A stretch of DNA of 63,165 bases, counting the filler, from Saprolegnia diclina VS20 (Eukaryota): the NCBI RefSeq assembly GCF_000281045.1. It is 5 parts of 2 records of this genome, joined end to end, with 100 filler letters (N's around TTAATTAATTAA, not from the genome) between each part and the next. Parts side by side here need not be neighbours in the genome. Positions count along the whole stretch, not along the records: positions 21,117 to 50,986 come from NW_008246078.1; 4 more parts are not named here. One strand, given 5' to 3'. Below are positions 21,117-33,009 of the stretch, in pieces; within the stretch, counting starts at the first letter, position 1, and every line of letters begins with the position of its first letter. Below the pieces are notes generated by a model. The model saw nothing but the letters and a program-made list of their open reading frames with translations. It did not search any database and had not been told where the DNA came from. A program made the translations under genes and the position numbers.

Positions 21117-21400
21117 CGGAAGACTTCAAGTACGCGGGGATGTCGCCCACGATCTACACGACGTTCATTTGGATCAGCCACGACACGTGGCTGCACGGGT
21201 GGTGGCCCTACGACTTTTTGTCGATGGACACGTCGATCGCGCCGCTGTGGTACCTCGGCATCTTTCTCGGTCACTTTGCATTGTTTGGCGCCGCGTACGG
21301 CCTCTCGCAAGTCAAGGCGCGCTGCCTCCCGACGCTGCACCCCGAAACGTCCATTCAAGCCAATGGCGGTCGTCCGACTTCGTACCAGTCGATTGTGTAG
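21117..21400 (+). CDS. C-terminal fragment of AIG1/FAR-17a/rolling-stone-like membrane protein (copy 1)
   Basis: IYTTFIWISHDTWLHGWWPYDFLSMDTSIAPLWYLGIFLGHF aligns by eye with copy 2 (VYAVFIWISNVTWLDGWWPYRFLTMETPVAPLWYIGIFVGHF). The 5' part lies in the gap. Confidence 0.8.
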
Positions 21401-22167
21401 TTGGAGTCCTCGTTTGTAAAAGCAGGCAACGAATACCAACTACATCCTCTCAAAGAGCTATTGAATGTCTTGCCAACATCGGAGGTGCTGGTCAAGGGGA
21501 ACCAATGTATCACTCCCTTGATAAAACCAGATCGCAATGTGCTACTTTGGTGCGGGGCGAGTGTGATCGCAGTTGTGGGAATTAGCTGTGGGCAGTTGCG
21601 CGACCGGATGCAACTTCAACCATCAGCTGCGTGTTTTTAGTTGGTTGGGTGATTTCAGCTCCTTTGTTGAAAATCGTATAGTCTGCATTCATATACACGC
21701 ATCTTGACGGCGGGTTGTGGGATTGTGACGAGCGCAGCCCACAACGTTGGACACGTTGTGACGATCGCGCTCAACATCCCACACAACCAGAGATACCAAA
21801 CAACTCATTTCTACAACAACCAGAGATACCGTACTGTGGCGGCGCTCTCTGGAGTGTATACTATGATACCCATGCGCATCGATCTAATGAATTCGTTCGC
21901 CGTCTAAACCGACGCCAATCGTTGAACCAGCTTGCACCACGTGCGACCAAAAAGTGTGCAATAGTGCACCTATCACTCAAGGTCTCATGATCGCTCTGAC
22001 ATCAGCCAATCAATTTACAATTGTCGACATCCAGACGACCAAAGTATGATCGCCGATCGCCTTTTCGGTAAATGGGTAAGCTTGCACGGACGCCCGTGGA
22101 TATTCAGCACCCACCACCGATCGTCAAATCACTCTTCATTGTTCCATTCGCAGTCGACAGCACAAGC

Positions 22168-22965
22168 ATGTGGGTCCAACTCGTCATCGGCTCGATCCTC
22201 GCAGCGTCCTTTGCCATCTCGGGCCACGCCATCTACAACCTCAACCTCGGCGGTGGGCCGGCGGTCCTCGAGTCGTTCCAGTACAAGCCACCGTCGACGT
22301 ACTATGTTCATTTGGGCTTTCGCGTCGGTATGCTCGTGCTGTACGCGGCCGTCTTCATCGCCGAAGCCGAGAACCTCGGGACCAAAATGATCTCGTTCTA
22401 CACGGTCTGGAACTTTATCCTCCAGAGTCTCTACTATCTCTGGGCCATCAAGTACCAGCTGTCGACGTCGAGATCGCGCCAGACGCCCGTCACGGTCACG
22501 CGCGAAGGCTCGCTCCTCAACTCGCTCTTCAACATTTGCTTTGCGAATTCGCTTTTGGTGATTGTCATCTACTGGGGTCTCCTCTACAACCCCAACATGC
22601 GCTGGTACAGCTACATCCAGCACGGCGGCAACACGCTCCTCTTCTTCGTCGAGTTTGCACTCAACGGCTTTCTCGTGCAGGGCACGGACGTGATGTACGT
22701 CTCGCTCTTCCCCTCGGTCTACGCCGTCTTCATCTGGATCAGCAACGTCACGTGGCTCGATGGCTGGTGGCCCTACCGCTTTCTCACGATGGAGACGCCG
22801 GTCGCGCCGCTTTGGTACATTGGTATCTTTGTCGGTCACTTTGCCATGTTTGGCCTCGCGCTCGCGATTTCGTCGGCCAAAGCCAAGTACTTTCCTTCGC
22901 TCTGCCCTGTCGTTCAAGCCAACAAGCTCTTTATGAACTCGATCAACTACGATACGATTGCTTAA
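22168..22965 (+). CDS. AIG1/FAR-17a/rolling-stone-like multipass membrane protein (copy 2)
   Basis: About 7 hydrophobic segments; motifs FYTVWNFILQ, IYWGLL, YIQHGGN, WPYRFL. Confidence 0.75.
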   Translation: MWVQLVIGSILAASFAISGHAIYNLNLGGGPAVLESFQYKPPSTYYVHLGFRVGMLVLYAAVFIAEAENLGTKMISFYTVWNFILQSLYYLWAIKYQLSTSRSRQTPVTVTREGSLLNSLFNICFANSLLVIVIYWGLLYNPNMRWYSYIQHGGNTLLFFVEFALNGFLVQGTDVMYVSLFPSVYAVFIWISNVTWLDGWWPYRFLTMETPVAPLWYIGIFVGHFAMFGLALAISSAKAKYFPSLCPVVQANKLFMNSINYDTIA

Positions 22966-23013
22966 GATACCTCGTAATAATTTCTTTTTATTTCTCATCA
23001 AATATCAAGTGTC

Positions 23014-23083
<70 letters not shown>
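23014..23083 (+). repeat. (TCTA)n microsatellite, about 17 units
   Basis: Perfect tetranucleotide run between two convergent genes. Confidence 0.98.
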
Positions 23084-23184
23084 GAGCTATCTGCGCAACC
23101 GAAGGGCTCCAGCTGACTCGTGCGTCGCACTGTCAATGCACCAAACAAACAAGTAACAAGTTCAAAATGGAATAAATACAAAAC

Positions 23185-24006
23185 TTAGGCGTGGCTCGCG
23201 ACGAGCTCGTCCTTGGCCGACTGGCAGTGGCTGTAGACGACGTCTTCTTTTGTCATGTCGGCGGTAATGTGGCAGCGCTTGGGGAGGTACTTGGTCTTGG
23301 CCTTGGCGAGCAAGAGCACAAAGCCAAAGCACGCAATGTGGGCGACGATCACGCCCACATACATGAGCGGCGCGAGCGCTTTTTCTTGGTTCATAAACGT
23401 ATACGGCCACTTGTCGAGAAACGTCGCCTTGCAGATCCAAATGACCGTGACGTACACGACGGGCCACATAGCGGCAAACGGAGCGTCACTGCGCACCATA
23501 AAGCAGTGGTTCAAGCAAAACTCGAGAATGAGAATCGCATTGTTGCCCGCGTGCTCCATGTAGCCGACCCACCACGTCGACGCCTTGTAGATGACCGACC
23601 AGTAGACGAGCGCAACGAGGAAGCTCGTCGAGAAGACGACCGTGAAGAGCGTCGAGAGCCATTGCCGCTCGCGCGTCATCGGGACAAACGACCCCGCATG
23701 GCTCCACTCGGCCACTTGGACTTTGATGGCCCAGAGAAAATAGACCAACTGGAGCGTGAAGTTCCAGACCGTGTACATGGTGAACGCGCGGCCTTCTTGG
23801 TACGTGAGCTGGTAGATGAGCGTCGTAATGTAGAGCGCGGCCACGACAACGCGAAAGCCAAAGAGGCCTTTAAAGTGCGTCGACGACGAGTACGTGATGG
23901 AGCTCAGCGAGACCGGTGCCGTCTTGACGACACGGTACATGCCGTGGAAGGCGTAGAGAGCGCAGAGGAAGACGATGACCGCGATGACGTAACCTTGCCA
24001 GCCCAT
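23185..24006 (-). CDS. AIG1/FAR-17a/rolling-stone-like multipass membrane protein (copy 3)
   Basis: Start MGWQGYVIAV; motifs MYTVWNFTLQ, VYWSVI, YMEHAGN, WPYTFM shared with copy 2. Confidence 0.75.
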   Translation of the reverse strand: MGWQGYVIAVIVFLCALYAFHGMYRVVKTAPVSLSSITYSSSTHFKGLFGFRVVVAALYITTLIYQLTYQEGRAFTMYTVWNFTLQLVYFLWAIKVQVAEWSHAGSFVPMTRERQWLSTLFTVVFSTSFLVALVYWSVIYKASTWWVGYMEHAGNNAILILEFCLNHCFMVRSDAPFAAMWPVVYVTVIWICKATFLDKWPYTFMNQEKALAPLMYVGVIVAHIACFGFVLLLAKAKTKYLPKRCHITADMTKEDVVYSHCQSAKDELVASHA

Positions 24007-24040
24007 TATGCGAAGATGACGACGAGTGCGAGGTAGAGGT

Positions 24041-24057
24041 GCAAATGCAAAGTGAGC
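24041..24057 (-). promoter_or_regulatory. Oomycete INR+FPR core promoter
   Basis: GCTCACTTTGCATTTGC on the minus strand, 35 nt upstream of the ATG at 24006. Confidence 0.6.
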
Positions 24058-25276
24058 CGCACGAGTGGTTACATTCACTGCAGCATCTGTTTTGCGACAG
24101 GCCCTATGCGGGAAGAGACACGAGGAAAGGCTACCAAGGGGCGCAACGCTACCTGGACGGGATCGTAGAAACACTCGAAGGAATACCACTCGGGTGTCTA
24201 ATTCTGTTGCCCGGTTGCGGGCCGCTTGTCATTGACGAATGGATATGCTTGAATGTGTAGCAAAGGCGGATAGTACTAGTATGCAAATGAAGCGGAAGTA
24301 GGACGACGGTTGTCCGCATCACGTTCCCCGATTGTTCCGCACCTGACGTCACTTGCCCGCGCAAATGACGCCGCGCCCCGTGAGCCATGAACTGCGAGGT
24401 GCACTGGCTGCGGCAGCCACGTGTTGCGCACCGCGGATACCACATGTTGCGCCCCGTGCAGCATTGCACGCGCGATGTATTGACGCCAGCGACAGGTGTC
24501 GCAGCCAGCGTCACGCCTAGTACGATTGGTGATTATAGTTTGAACGACGTCACCGACTTGAAGACAACGTTGATGCAAGCCAAACGACGAGAGTCTATCT
24601 TTTTAGCAATGTGGGAGGGTTTTCAGACCGTGGGATAGTATGGTGGGATCTGCAGTGGCATGGCTCCTGGTCGGACCCGGTCTCCTTCAACGATCGCAGT
24701 AGCGCCCGTCTGATCCCCGTGTCTTTTTGTCGAGGTACCCAGGATGTCAGTCCAAGGCACTCAAAAGAAAAAAAAGAATTTATTTTCTTTTTCTAGTTGC
24801 CACTCGTTTCGTACCTACTGAGTCTCTCGAATGCAATGTTAAGTAATAGAGCACTACGGGTGATGGTCAAGGACGCCAGTGTCGCGGCCTGCAAACGCTG
24901 TGGGCCCTAATTCCTTGGCACGTGGCGCTTTAGAGTCGAAGGCTGATTCGGAGCTGACCCGAAGCTCAACTTGCGCGCAGATGCTCGTGTCAACGTTGAA
25001 GGCTGTCCTCCCATTCTGCAGTCGACTGGGTTTTCGAAACAGGTGCAAGTGAGACTTGTTTCAATCGTTGCGTGCTCGACTCGATGCGCTGCAGAGCTCG
25101 AGACCCGTAGCAGACGTAACCCAAGATGAGTCTTCGGTTCATAACCGCACGGTAGGACATGCCCGTCAGCAAAACCGACCACCGATTTCCACAAAACTTT
25201 GCACTGAAGTAGCTGACACATTCTGTCAAATAGGCTTTTGAGAGCTGGGATTTTACTTCAAGTTAGGCATCGCCAC

Positions 25277-25321
25277 GGCTCAGCTCAGCTTGGCTCGGCT
25301 CAGCTCGGCTCGGCTTGGCTC
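25277..25321. repeat. Pentamer tandem repeat (RGCTY)x9
   Basis: ggctc agctc agctt ggctc ggctc agctc ggctc ggctt ggctc. Confidence 0.9.
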
Positions 25322-25436
25322 GAAAAATGGAGCCCGAGTCGTTGGCTTTTGAAGCCGGCTCGAGCTAGCAGTCAAGGACGTGGGTTGCGTTCAAGTAGAC
25401 AAGATTCAAGGAGCGGTTGTACGTCGCATTACTGAA

Positions 25437-25472
25437 TGGGTCTAGGACTGGGTCTAGGACTGGGTCTAGGAC
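25437..25472. repeat. 12-nt tandem repeat (TGGGTCTAGGAC)x3 overlapping the COG6 stop codon
   Basis: Three perfect copies; one contains the TAG stop of COG6 on the minus strand (25466-25468). Confidence 0.9.
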
Positions 25473-27877
25473 GCAAGGTCCAAGATGGTTTCAATCTCCT
25501 TGGGCGTGTGCACAACAATCGTCGACGGCTGGGCATAGCCCATGACAGGGGCAAACACAAACGCGTGGATCGCGCCATAGGCATCGCAGAGGCGGCGAGC
25601 GGCTCGTGTGTACGCCTCGTCGCGGACGTCCGGTTGCGAGATGCGCTCAATGGCAGGAAGCTCAAGCGCCATGAGCAGCGAGCAAAAGTTGTGGACAACG
25701 ATGCGGACGCTGTCGACGTCGAGGCCGGGCATTGCGCTGCCCGCCTAGAAACGGACACTTCGTTTTCATTTCATACATCGACGAGATATACCTCGTGCAC
25801 CGCAGCCATGCGCTCGAGCAGCGTCGCGACGCCACACCGCTGCAGCACCACCGACGCCTAGGTACGCTCTCAGGAATGAAACCCTAACCCGCGGCGCATG
25901 TCGCACCTGCGCAGTGGCCAGCGCATCGATACTGGCGCCAATGTCCCGTGAAAGCTCAGCGACCCACGCACCGGCAAGCGCCTCGTAGCGCGAGAGCGTT
26001 GCCTACTCGACAGGATACACACGGTGGTCGACTGACTAGTAAGATACGTGAACACAGCCGAGTTGGTTGAGCTGAAAGACGAGCGCGTCGCTCGGGTCAG
26101 CATGGCGTTGCTTGGAGGACGCAGCAAGCGCGACGACGAAGCACTCGATCACGGGCGCCACATCGGCGGCTTGAGCACCGAACGGTAGCAGCGCGCTTTG
26201 GTAAATATCAAGTAAATGCGCCTAGCAATGTATAAAAATCATAAAAAATCAAAAAGGCAACAAAACACTCAAGCTACTACGTACGAGTTTGTGCGTCGTG
26301 TCGAGCGTCGCATGCGCCGCGACAAGGGTAAAGTCGGCGCGGTCTTCCTAGTGCAGGTAGTTTTGCATGGTGTCGAATATTGGCGTGTTTGGGCACGCTA
26401 CCTGCATAACCGCTTGAAACACGTCCACTTGGTGCTGCCACTGCTTCTCAAAGCTCGTGCGGGCACGGGCGAGCGACCTAGCATGCAGCATAAGACATGT
26501 GGCATCCCCACAGCATTGTCCTACTCGACAAGAACAGTGCTCAGCTCGGCGTCTTGGGGCACCAGCTTGGCCATGGTGACGCAGTAAAAACCGAGAAGGT
26601 GCACCACTTGATACACAACAGGGCACGCGGTCTGGCCCGTGAGCGTCTGCTGCAAGCGCACCTACGCTCCTTGGACGATATGCGCGGTCGATCAAAGAGA
26701 TAGCGCACCTCGAGAGGGCGCGCGATGCCCTCAAAGGCTTGGCCCACGAGCCGCTGCGTCTCGCCGGCCTCGGCCCCGTCCAGCAACACCTATTGCGCGT
26801 CAGACACTCATCTAGTCGATGCGGATGACTACAGTACTTTAAAGTACTCGTGCTCGGAAGCGATGGCTGCGTGGACCCAGGCCAGCATGTCGCCAGCATA
26901 CCGGACCGGGTCGTGCGAGTGGATCTCGATGGGCCGAGGAATGCCGTTGGGACCGCCCCGCGTCAGCGCAATGATGAAGCGGCGCAAGATCGCACCGCGT
27001 CGAGCAGCTACAAGGGCTTCCTTGCAATGCCTATTCGCCATGGTCTCCGTCATCTCGTAGCATGCGGAGCGTACGCATAAAACGCAGGGCGGGCGACGAG
27101 GTGGCGCATGGCGTGGTGCAGCAAGCGGCTGGGCTCGGTCTCGGCGCCACCGCAGTGCTGCAGCGTCCATTGGTACAGCTTGTCGTACGCTGCATCTTGG
27201 TGCTGGCCGACGCGGTCGAGCAGCTCGAGGCTACGAGAGCACAGATGCAAGGAGTGGGCAAAGGATAGAAGCAGACGTACCTTGTGGGCCCAGGATTCGC
27301 TTCCACGAGACGCTTGCAGTTGGACTTGATGCCACCGACGCGCGAAAGGACGTCAAAGAAGACGGTCATGGCGTCGTCGTTGCCATCGAGCGCCGGCGCT
27401 TCGAGGAGCGCGACGTCGACGGGGTCGACTTGGTGCTGCGACAGAAACTGCTTGGTCTCGTCCATCTCGGCCTGCAGCGCGCGCTGCTCGCCCCTACATG
27501 TTCGCGTCACGGTGGGCGATGCGCATGCAAATGGAGTACGTAAGGGCCGCGGCCTGCGCGACGAACGCGTTGGACGTGCGCTCGGTCGTGTCGAGGTACG
27601 CAGCGACGTGCTGGCACGTGACGTCCATGGCCTCCGCCTTCTGCTGGAGCGCGCTAATTGACGCCAGCACCACGTCCATCTCGCTAAGGAGGCCTTCCGC
27701 GACGCGGAGGCTGGCGTTGTCGAGGCTGCTCTTGAGCGCGGTACGCACGCCCGCGGTGGTCCCGCCGACGTCGATGGCGACGAGTGGTGGCAGCGAGCCG
27801 AGAAGGCTCTTGGCGCTCGCCATCTCTGCCTGGCTCGCCAAGAGCTTCTTCACGCGGTGCTGCAGTGCGACCGACAT
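25466..27877 (-). CDS. COG6: Conserved oligomeric Golgi complex subunit 6, multi-exon
   Basis: Signature [45 protein letters not shown]-terminal [18 protein letters not shown]-terminal [12 protein letters not shown]. Exons are separated by short GT-AG introns. Confidence 0.92.
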
Positions 27878-29090
27878 GGCAAATCCTCTGTGTGGCCAAT
27901 TTAAAAGGACATGTCCTAGTTAGGACTCGCAAACGAATATCGGATTTTGCCTGAACAAGTAGATCAGTTCGACTGAGCAACTCGATTACCTTCCATACTC
28001 GATAACTTGCGAAACAACTGTGATATTGTCATCAATATGTATCCAAATACAGAGGTAGATCGCCAACGCACACAAGGCAGGACAATAAGCCACTCGGTCC
28101 TTGCTGTGCCGTCAAATCGAGCTGTGGTTCCAATGAAGAAGAAGGAGATTGCTAGACTCTACGTATGCGAAGTCTTTGTGTAATAATGAAGATAACGCGA
28201 AACACGTTTATATATACAATATTGTATACGGAGCAACTATACCGCGGTCTCGTGAGCGTGGGCCCGCAGTATTTTTTCGCGTCGGCACCCAACGCCTCGA
28301 TTGGGGTGGCTGGGGATATTGGCAGACCTGTATACTGCTTCAAAGCCCGGCTCTTGCTGCACGCCAGGTGTCGGCAGAGTGGCTTTGAAGCCGCGCCCTT
28401 TTCATTACTGCACATTCGAAACGCGTGGCTCGGTGGCGCCAACAGCAAGCTCGAATCTTGCGCGCCATAAATGAGGTTGAAAATACTGTACACCACACGC
28501 TCCAATTCCTAGCCTCCGTCCGTTTTGCGGTCTAATTCCGCCGACATGTGTTTGCTACCGCAAAGTTGGCAACACATTCGAGTTCGACCGCAACAAAATG
28601 CACACACCGATCGATAATACCTGCATCTAAATGAATCAATTTAGCCAAGCCACGATGGTAGCTGCCATCTTTACTCAATACAAACTGTGATGCCATTGAA
28701 GCGAAACTAGAGCTCGCATGGAGACACCACCAATGGTACAGGCACAATGACGTGGCGGCGTGCAATGAAAGAACGGGTAGAGCCGGTTCGATAGAAGTGC
28801 AATTTCAACGTGCAAACTCAACCAGCAGCGTGCGATGGAAACGTCAGCCAAGTTCCTCATCCATGCTAATCAAAAGACCGTGGCGTTGCATGCATCCTCT
28901 GCAGTTCCAGGAATCCCCATGCGCACGACAATAGCAACTGGTGGCGGCTTTGCCTTGCAAAATGACCACAAACTCAGATACGCGACTCAGTTGACTCAGA
29001 AAGAGCCTTTTCAACAGTGCCTCTGCTCTTGAAATCGAACACCGCGCGTCGCATGCAACGCCGATGGTGGAGCTCACACCGGCATCGTGT

Positions 29091-29108
29091 GTTCATTTCC
29101 CAATTTGC
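29091..29108 (+). promoter_or_regulatory. Oomycete INR+FPR core promoter
   Basis: GTTCATTTCCCAATTTGC closely matches the oomycete INR-FPR consensus, 24 nt before the protease ATG. Confidence 0.75.
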
Positions 29109-29131
29109 CTCGACCACTTCACACCACCACA

Positions 29132-30415
29132 ATGAAGTCGATCGCTTGCCTTCTTCTCGCCACATCGGCCGTCCACGGCCTGCGCCTCTCGGCCCAAGAA
29201 AAGGTCGACCTCGAAGCCAAGCTCGAGGCGTGGAAGGCCAGCCAAGCCGGCAAGCAAGCCGAAGCCAACGGCTTTCTCCCGCCCAAGACGGAACACGGCA
29301 ACCTCGAAGACGGCGAGATTGACGACGAGCTCCTTCGGTTTGCCACGACCCAAAAGATCGTCGATGACCTCAACCAGCAGCACAAGGGCGCCGTCTTCTC
29401 GACCGACAACCAGTTTGCGCTCATGACCGAAGACGAGTTTGCGGCCTTTGTCAAGGGCTCCTTCAAGCACGAGACGCCCAAGCGCCAGCTGCGCGGCGAC
29501 AACGTCCAGCTCACGCTGACGCAGGCCCAGCGAGAGGCGACGGACGTCGACTGGACGACCAACAAGTGCATGTCGCCCGTGCGCAACCAAGGCAGCTGCG
29601 GGTCGTGCTGGTCGTTCGCGGCCGTCGGCGCTGTCGAAGCCGCACACTGCCTCGTGACCGGCTCGCTCGTCGACTTTTCCGAGCAGCAGCTCGTGAGCTG
29701 CGCCTCGAGCGCGGGCTACGGCTGCCAGGGTGGCTGGCCCAACAAGGCACTCGACTACATTGCGCAGACGGGTCTGTGTACCGAGTCGGGTTTCCCGTAC
29801 ACCTCGGGCAGCTCCAACCAGAACGGCCAGTGCCAGGAGTGCCAAAAGACCAAGGTCAGCGTCGGCAAGTCGGTCGACATCCAAGGCGAGAGTGCGCTCC
29901 AGAGCGCGCTCGACAAGCAGCCGGTGACGGTCGTCGTCGAGGCTGGCAACAACGTGTGGCGCAACTACAAGAGCGGCGTCGTGCAGAGTTGCCCGGGAGC
30001 GCAGTCGGACCACGCCGTGATTGCTGTCGGGTATGGCACCAAGGACGGCCAGCAGCATTTCAAGATCAAGAACTCGTGGGGCACGGGCTGGGGCGAGCAA
30101 GGCTACATCTACCTCAAACGCGGTGTGAGCGGCAAGGGCATGTGCAACGTGGCCGAAGGGCCTTCGTACCCGCCCATGAGCGGCAAGCCGCAGCCGACGT
30201 CCAACCAGCCGCAGCCGACCTCCAACCAGCCGCAGCCCACGGGCAAGCCCACAAAGAAGCCGACGCCCAAGCCCACGAAGAAGCCCCAGGGCGACTGCAA
30301 CGGCTGCAACGGCTGCTACTACCCGGCCGCGTCGCAGTGCTTGACGGCCGACTACGACAAGGAATATTGCGAATACCTCGGTGCCGAGTACGGCACCAAG
30401 TGGTGCACGTCGTAA
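29132..30415 (+). CDS. Secreted papain-family (C1A) cysteine protease with prodomain, Pro/Thr/Lys linker and six-Cys C-terminal module
   Basis: Signal MKSIACLLLATSAVHG; prodomain NQFALMTEDEF; catalytic QGSCGSCWSF, DHAV, KNSWG; (QPTSNQP)/(KPTKKP) linker; CNGCNGCYY...C...C...WC tail. Confidence 0.96.
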   Translation: MKSIACLLLATSAVHGLRLSAQEKVDLEAKLEAWKASQAGKQAEANGFLPPKTEHGNLEDGEIDDELLRFATTQKIVDDLNQQHKGAVFSTDNQFALMTEDEFAAFVKGSFKHETPKRQLRGDNVQLTLTQAQREATDVDWTTNKCMSPVRNQGSCGSCWSFAAVGAVEAAHCLVTGSLVDFSEQQLVSCASSAGYGCQGGWPNKALDYIAQTGLCTESGFPYTSGSSNQNGQCQECQKTKVSVGKSVDIQGESALQSALDKQPVTVVVEAGNNVWRNYKSGVVQSCPGAQSDHAVIAVGYGTKDGQQHFKIKNSWGTGWGEQGYIYLKRGVSGKGMCNVAEGPSYPPMSGKPQPTSNQPQPTSNQPQPTGKPTKKPTPKPTKKPQGDCNGCNGCYYPAASQCLTADYDKEYCEYLGAEYGTKWCTS

Positions 30416-31121
30416 ACCGCTTCTCGTCTTCTTTGTGCGTCCATGCGATTAGCTTGTTTCAATTGCTATTCCTTTGCGATAATCGACATTTTTACCGTAT
30501 CCAACTTAGCTTGCGTTTACTACGGTCAAGGACTCATGCCTTTAGGTTCAAAGATGCCCATGGTACGATGGCGGGAAACCTATCGAATGCCAAGAAGTGT
30601 GCGTCTCGTGTCAAAAATAGATGTACTCCTCAAACCTGATAGAACCTTGGGAAACGTATAGATTCGAGATTTAGGATTTTGTACATAAGCTTCCTTGGAT
30701 CTGCTAGTCTTTTTGTCGAAACTGGTACAACATGCACCGCCAAATCTAAGGCGGTCGCTACAAGTAAAAAAGAACCAACGCGGGTCGATTCTCGCTGGGC
30801 CTCTGCCCGAGGTTGCCTTTTCGTTGTCCTATTTTCTTGAACGAGATACGACCTCAAGCAGTTTCTAAAATGCCACGTCAGGGATGTGTAGCGTCCTTGT
30901 GGACTAGTCGCACGGTCCAATCAGATGGTTGTACGAGCTGTGGTGGCGCCGTTTCTGGTGCGCCGTGCCTCTATGTGTTCATGCTGCATACAAACACCAA
31001 GTGTGGCCGTTGTATCCGGATACGGCGTGGGAAAAAGACGCAACAACCGGTGCACGGCTTTGCACCAACGTCGACTGGAGCCATGGCGCATAACTAAAAA
31101 AGCATCGCTAGCTTCAACATC

Positions 31122-31412
31122 ATGGTCGCTGTCCCCGTCTCGCTCCCCAAGCCGTCGCCGGCCAAGTCGCCGCTCAAAACGCTTTTGCTCACGAGCGCCA
31201 TCACGGGCGGCGTCTGGAGCGCACTGCGCCACTACGTCGCACAACCCGTCGAGCTCGATGTCCTCCAAGTCGTCCGCATGGAATTGGAAGAGGGCGCAGC
31301 GTCGCGCCGAGCGCGCTTCGAGTTTGGTAAGCACAATCCGCAGCAGCAAGCCCAGGCCTTCGACTGTCTGTACGAAAACACCGAGAACCAGCACGTTTTC
31401 AACCACTGGTGA
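31122..31412 (+). CDS. Small hypothetical protein (96 aa) with one hydrophobic segment
   Basis: GC3-rich codons in AT-richer flanks; atcATG context; LLLTSAITGGVWSAL hydrophobic stretch. Confidence 0.55.
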   Translation: MVAVPVSLPKPSPAKSPLKTLLLTSAITGGVWSALRHYVAQPVELDVLQVVRMELEEGAASRRARFEFGKHNPQQQAQAFDCLYENTENQHVFNHW

Positions 31413-33009
31413 TCGGTCCACACGACTCTCTCCATGCCTCCATATTTAATGATACCACATATTCTCCTGGTTGCTTTGCTGCTATGTATTGAACGCGAGG
31501 TATTCTTCCGCAAAATCAAGCTGCTCTTGTTTGTCTGTTGGCGGCGGTTGTGCGGCTGTAAACTCGTTCATGTAGACTGTATCCTGCATTGTGAAGTAGA
31601 CACTGAAGAGAAGTCTAGGATAACTTGTCATTCGGCCCATCGCGTGCGTGCGTCTCGTCCACGGATGTATCAATGCAAGAAATAACACCAACCATGCCCT
31701 GTGTACTTTGATGCCGATAATCCGACTGTTGGCAGGGTTTAAACCCGGTACTACAGAGCTGGCTCTGCCAACACGACTGGTAGCAACTGCGAGGGTGGGT
31801 GTAGAAGGGTTAATAATTAAAGTCAATTTCGAATTCTGAATTCGTATCATGCATGATCAACGCTCTGGTCACACTGCCATGTTGAGCTCGCCGTACCGTG
31901 TACGCGGAAATGTCCGAGCAAGTCCTGGTGTCCTGGTAGATTATTGCTCTTCGATCAGCTTGGGACCCTGTGCGCAAAGCCGAGCTCGCTTCGCTCTCAA
32001 ATTATAGTCAAGGGTTGGTCCACGTTGCTGAGAAATAATACGAGAAAATTATTTTTTCTTTTTTCGCAATTGATGTTTTGGTGTTGTATACTCGGGTGTC
32101 GGACTTGATCTAGGCTAGCTGAGGCACGAGCGCTATCCGCGGGACAAGGCGCCGGCGTGGCCACTCGTGTTGGCGAGGAGCCGGCGAAGACGACGAAGAG
32201 CCAGCTACCCAGGGTTTTGAACGAGGCGGTGGTGCAAGTGCAGTTGAGTGACACGCGCCGCCTTGACGACAATCGTCCATAGACTTGGTAGTGGTGCCAA
32301 AAACGTCCCCAATGTGTTGTTCAATAGTACTCCGCCTGTTCACTTTGGCGGTGGGACTCCTTTGCGTGACGGCAGCGGTGAGGCGTCGCCATTGTTGATG
32401 GGAAGCGTATCACGGCGCACACCGTACTTGTTTCTTGTATGCACATGCACTTGCGCGTCCTGTAGACACGTTCAACTAACTGTACGTCGTACATTCTTCT
32501 CGTCGGTCTTGTGGTGATGTGTCTCGGATTGGTGGTACGACCTGTAATCACTCGGTGGTAATCCTACCACACGGGACATGTGGTGCCATACCAGATGCTA
32601 CTGCTAAATGGATGTCAAGTTTGTCATTTGTGCGTGATGCAGGTGTGTCGCCCATCACGCACCCGGTATTTGTACACCCGAAGGACTGGACATGGATCTT
32701 TCGCAGCACTGCAAACGCACGCGCGGACGGTTCCAACGAAGACCATTTTGACTCGTAGAGACGACAGACATTGTTTCTCAGTCCGCTCCAAGCCTCTTGA
32801 CAACGGACGTGGCTTCATCCTTGGTAGAGGGCGGCTTCCTTGTCGCGGCTACCGCGCTTGTTGCTTCGGAGACTGTGTGTGATTTCCATTGACGCCGAAC
32901 AAGACAGCTTCCACAACGACAAACAACCACCACCGAGCGGATACCACACACGATCGGCGGATCTGAGTCTGATAATATGACGCAAGATTGTATTAGTGTA
33001 CACCACGTT

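Noticed and set aside
21783..21830. 15-nt direct repeat acaaccagagatacc x2
   Set aside because: Short local duplication in intergenic DNA with no supporting structure.
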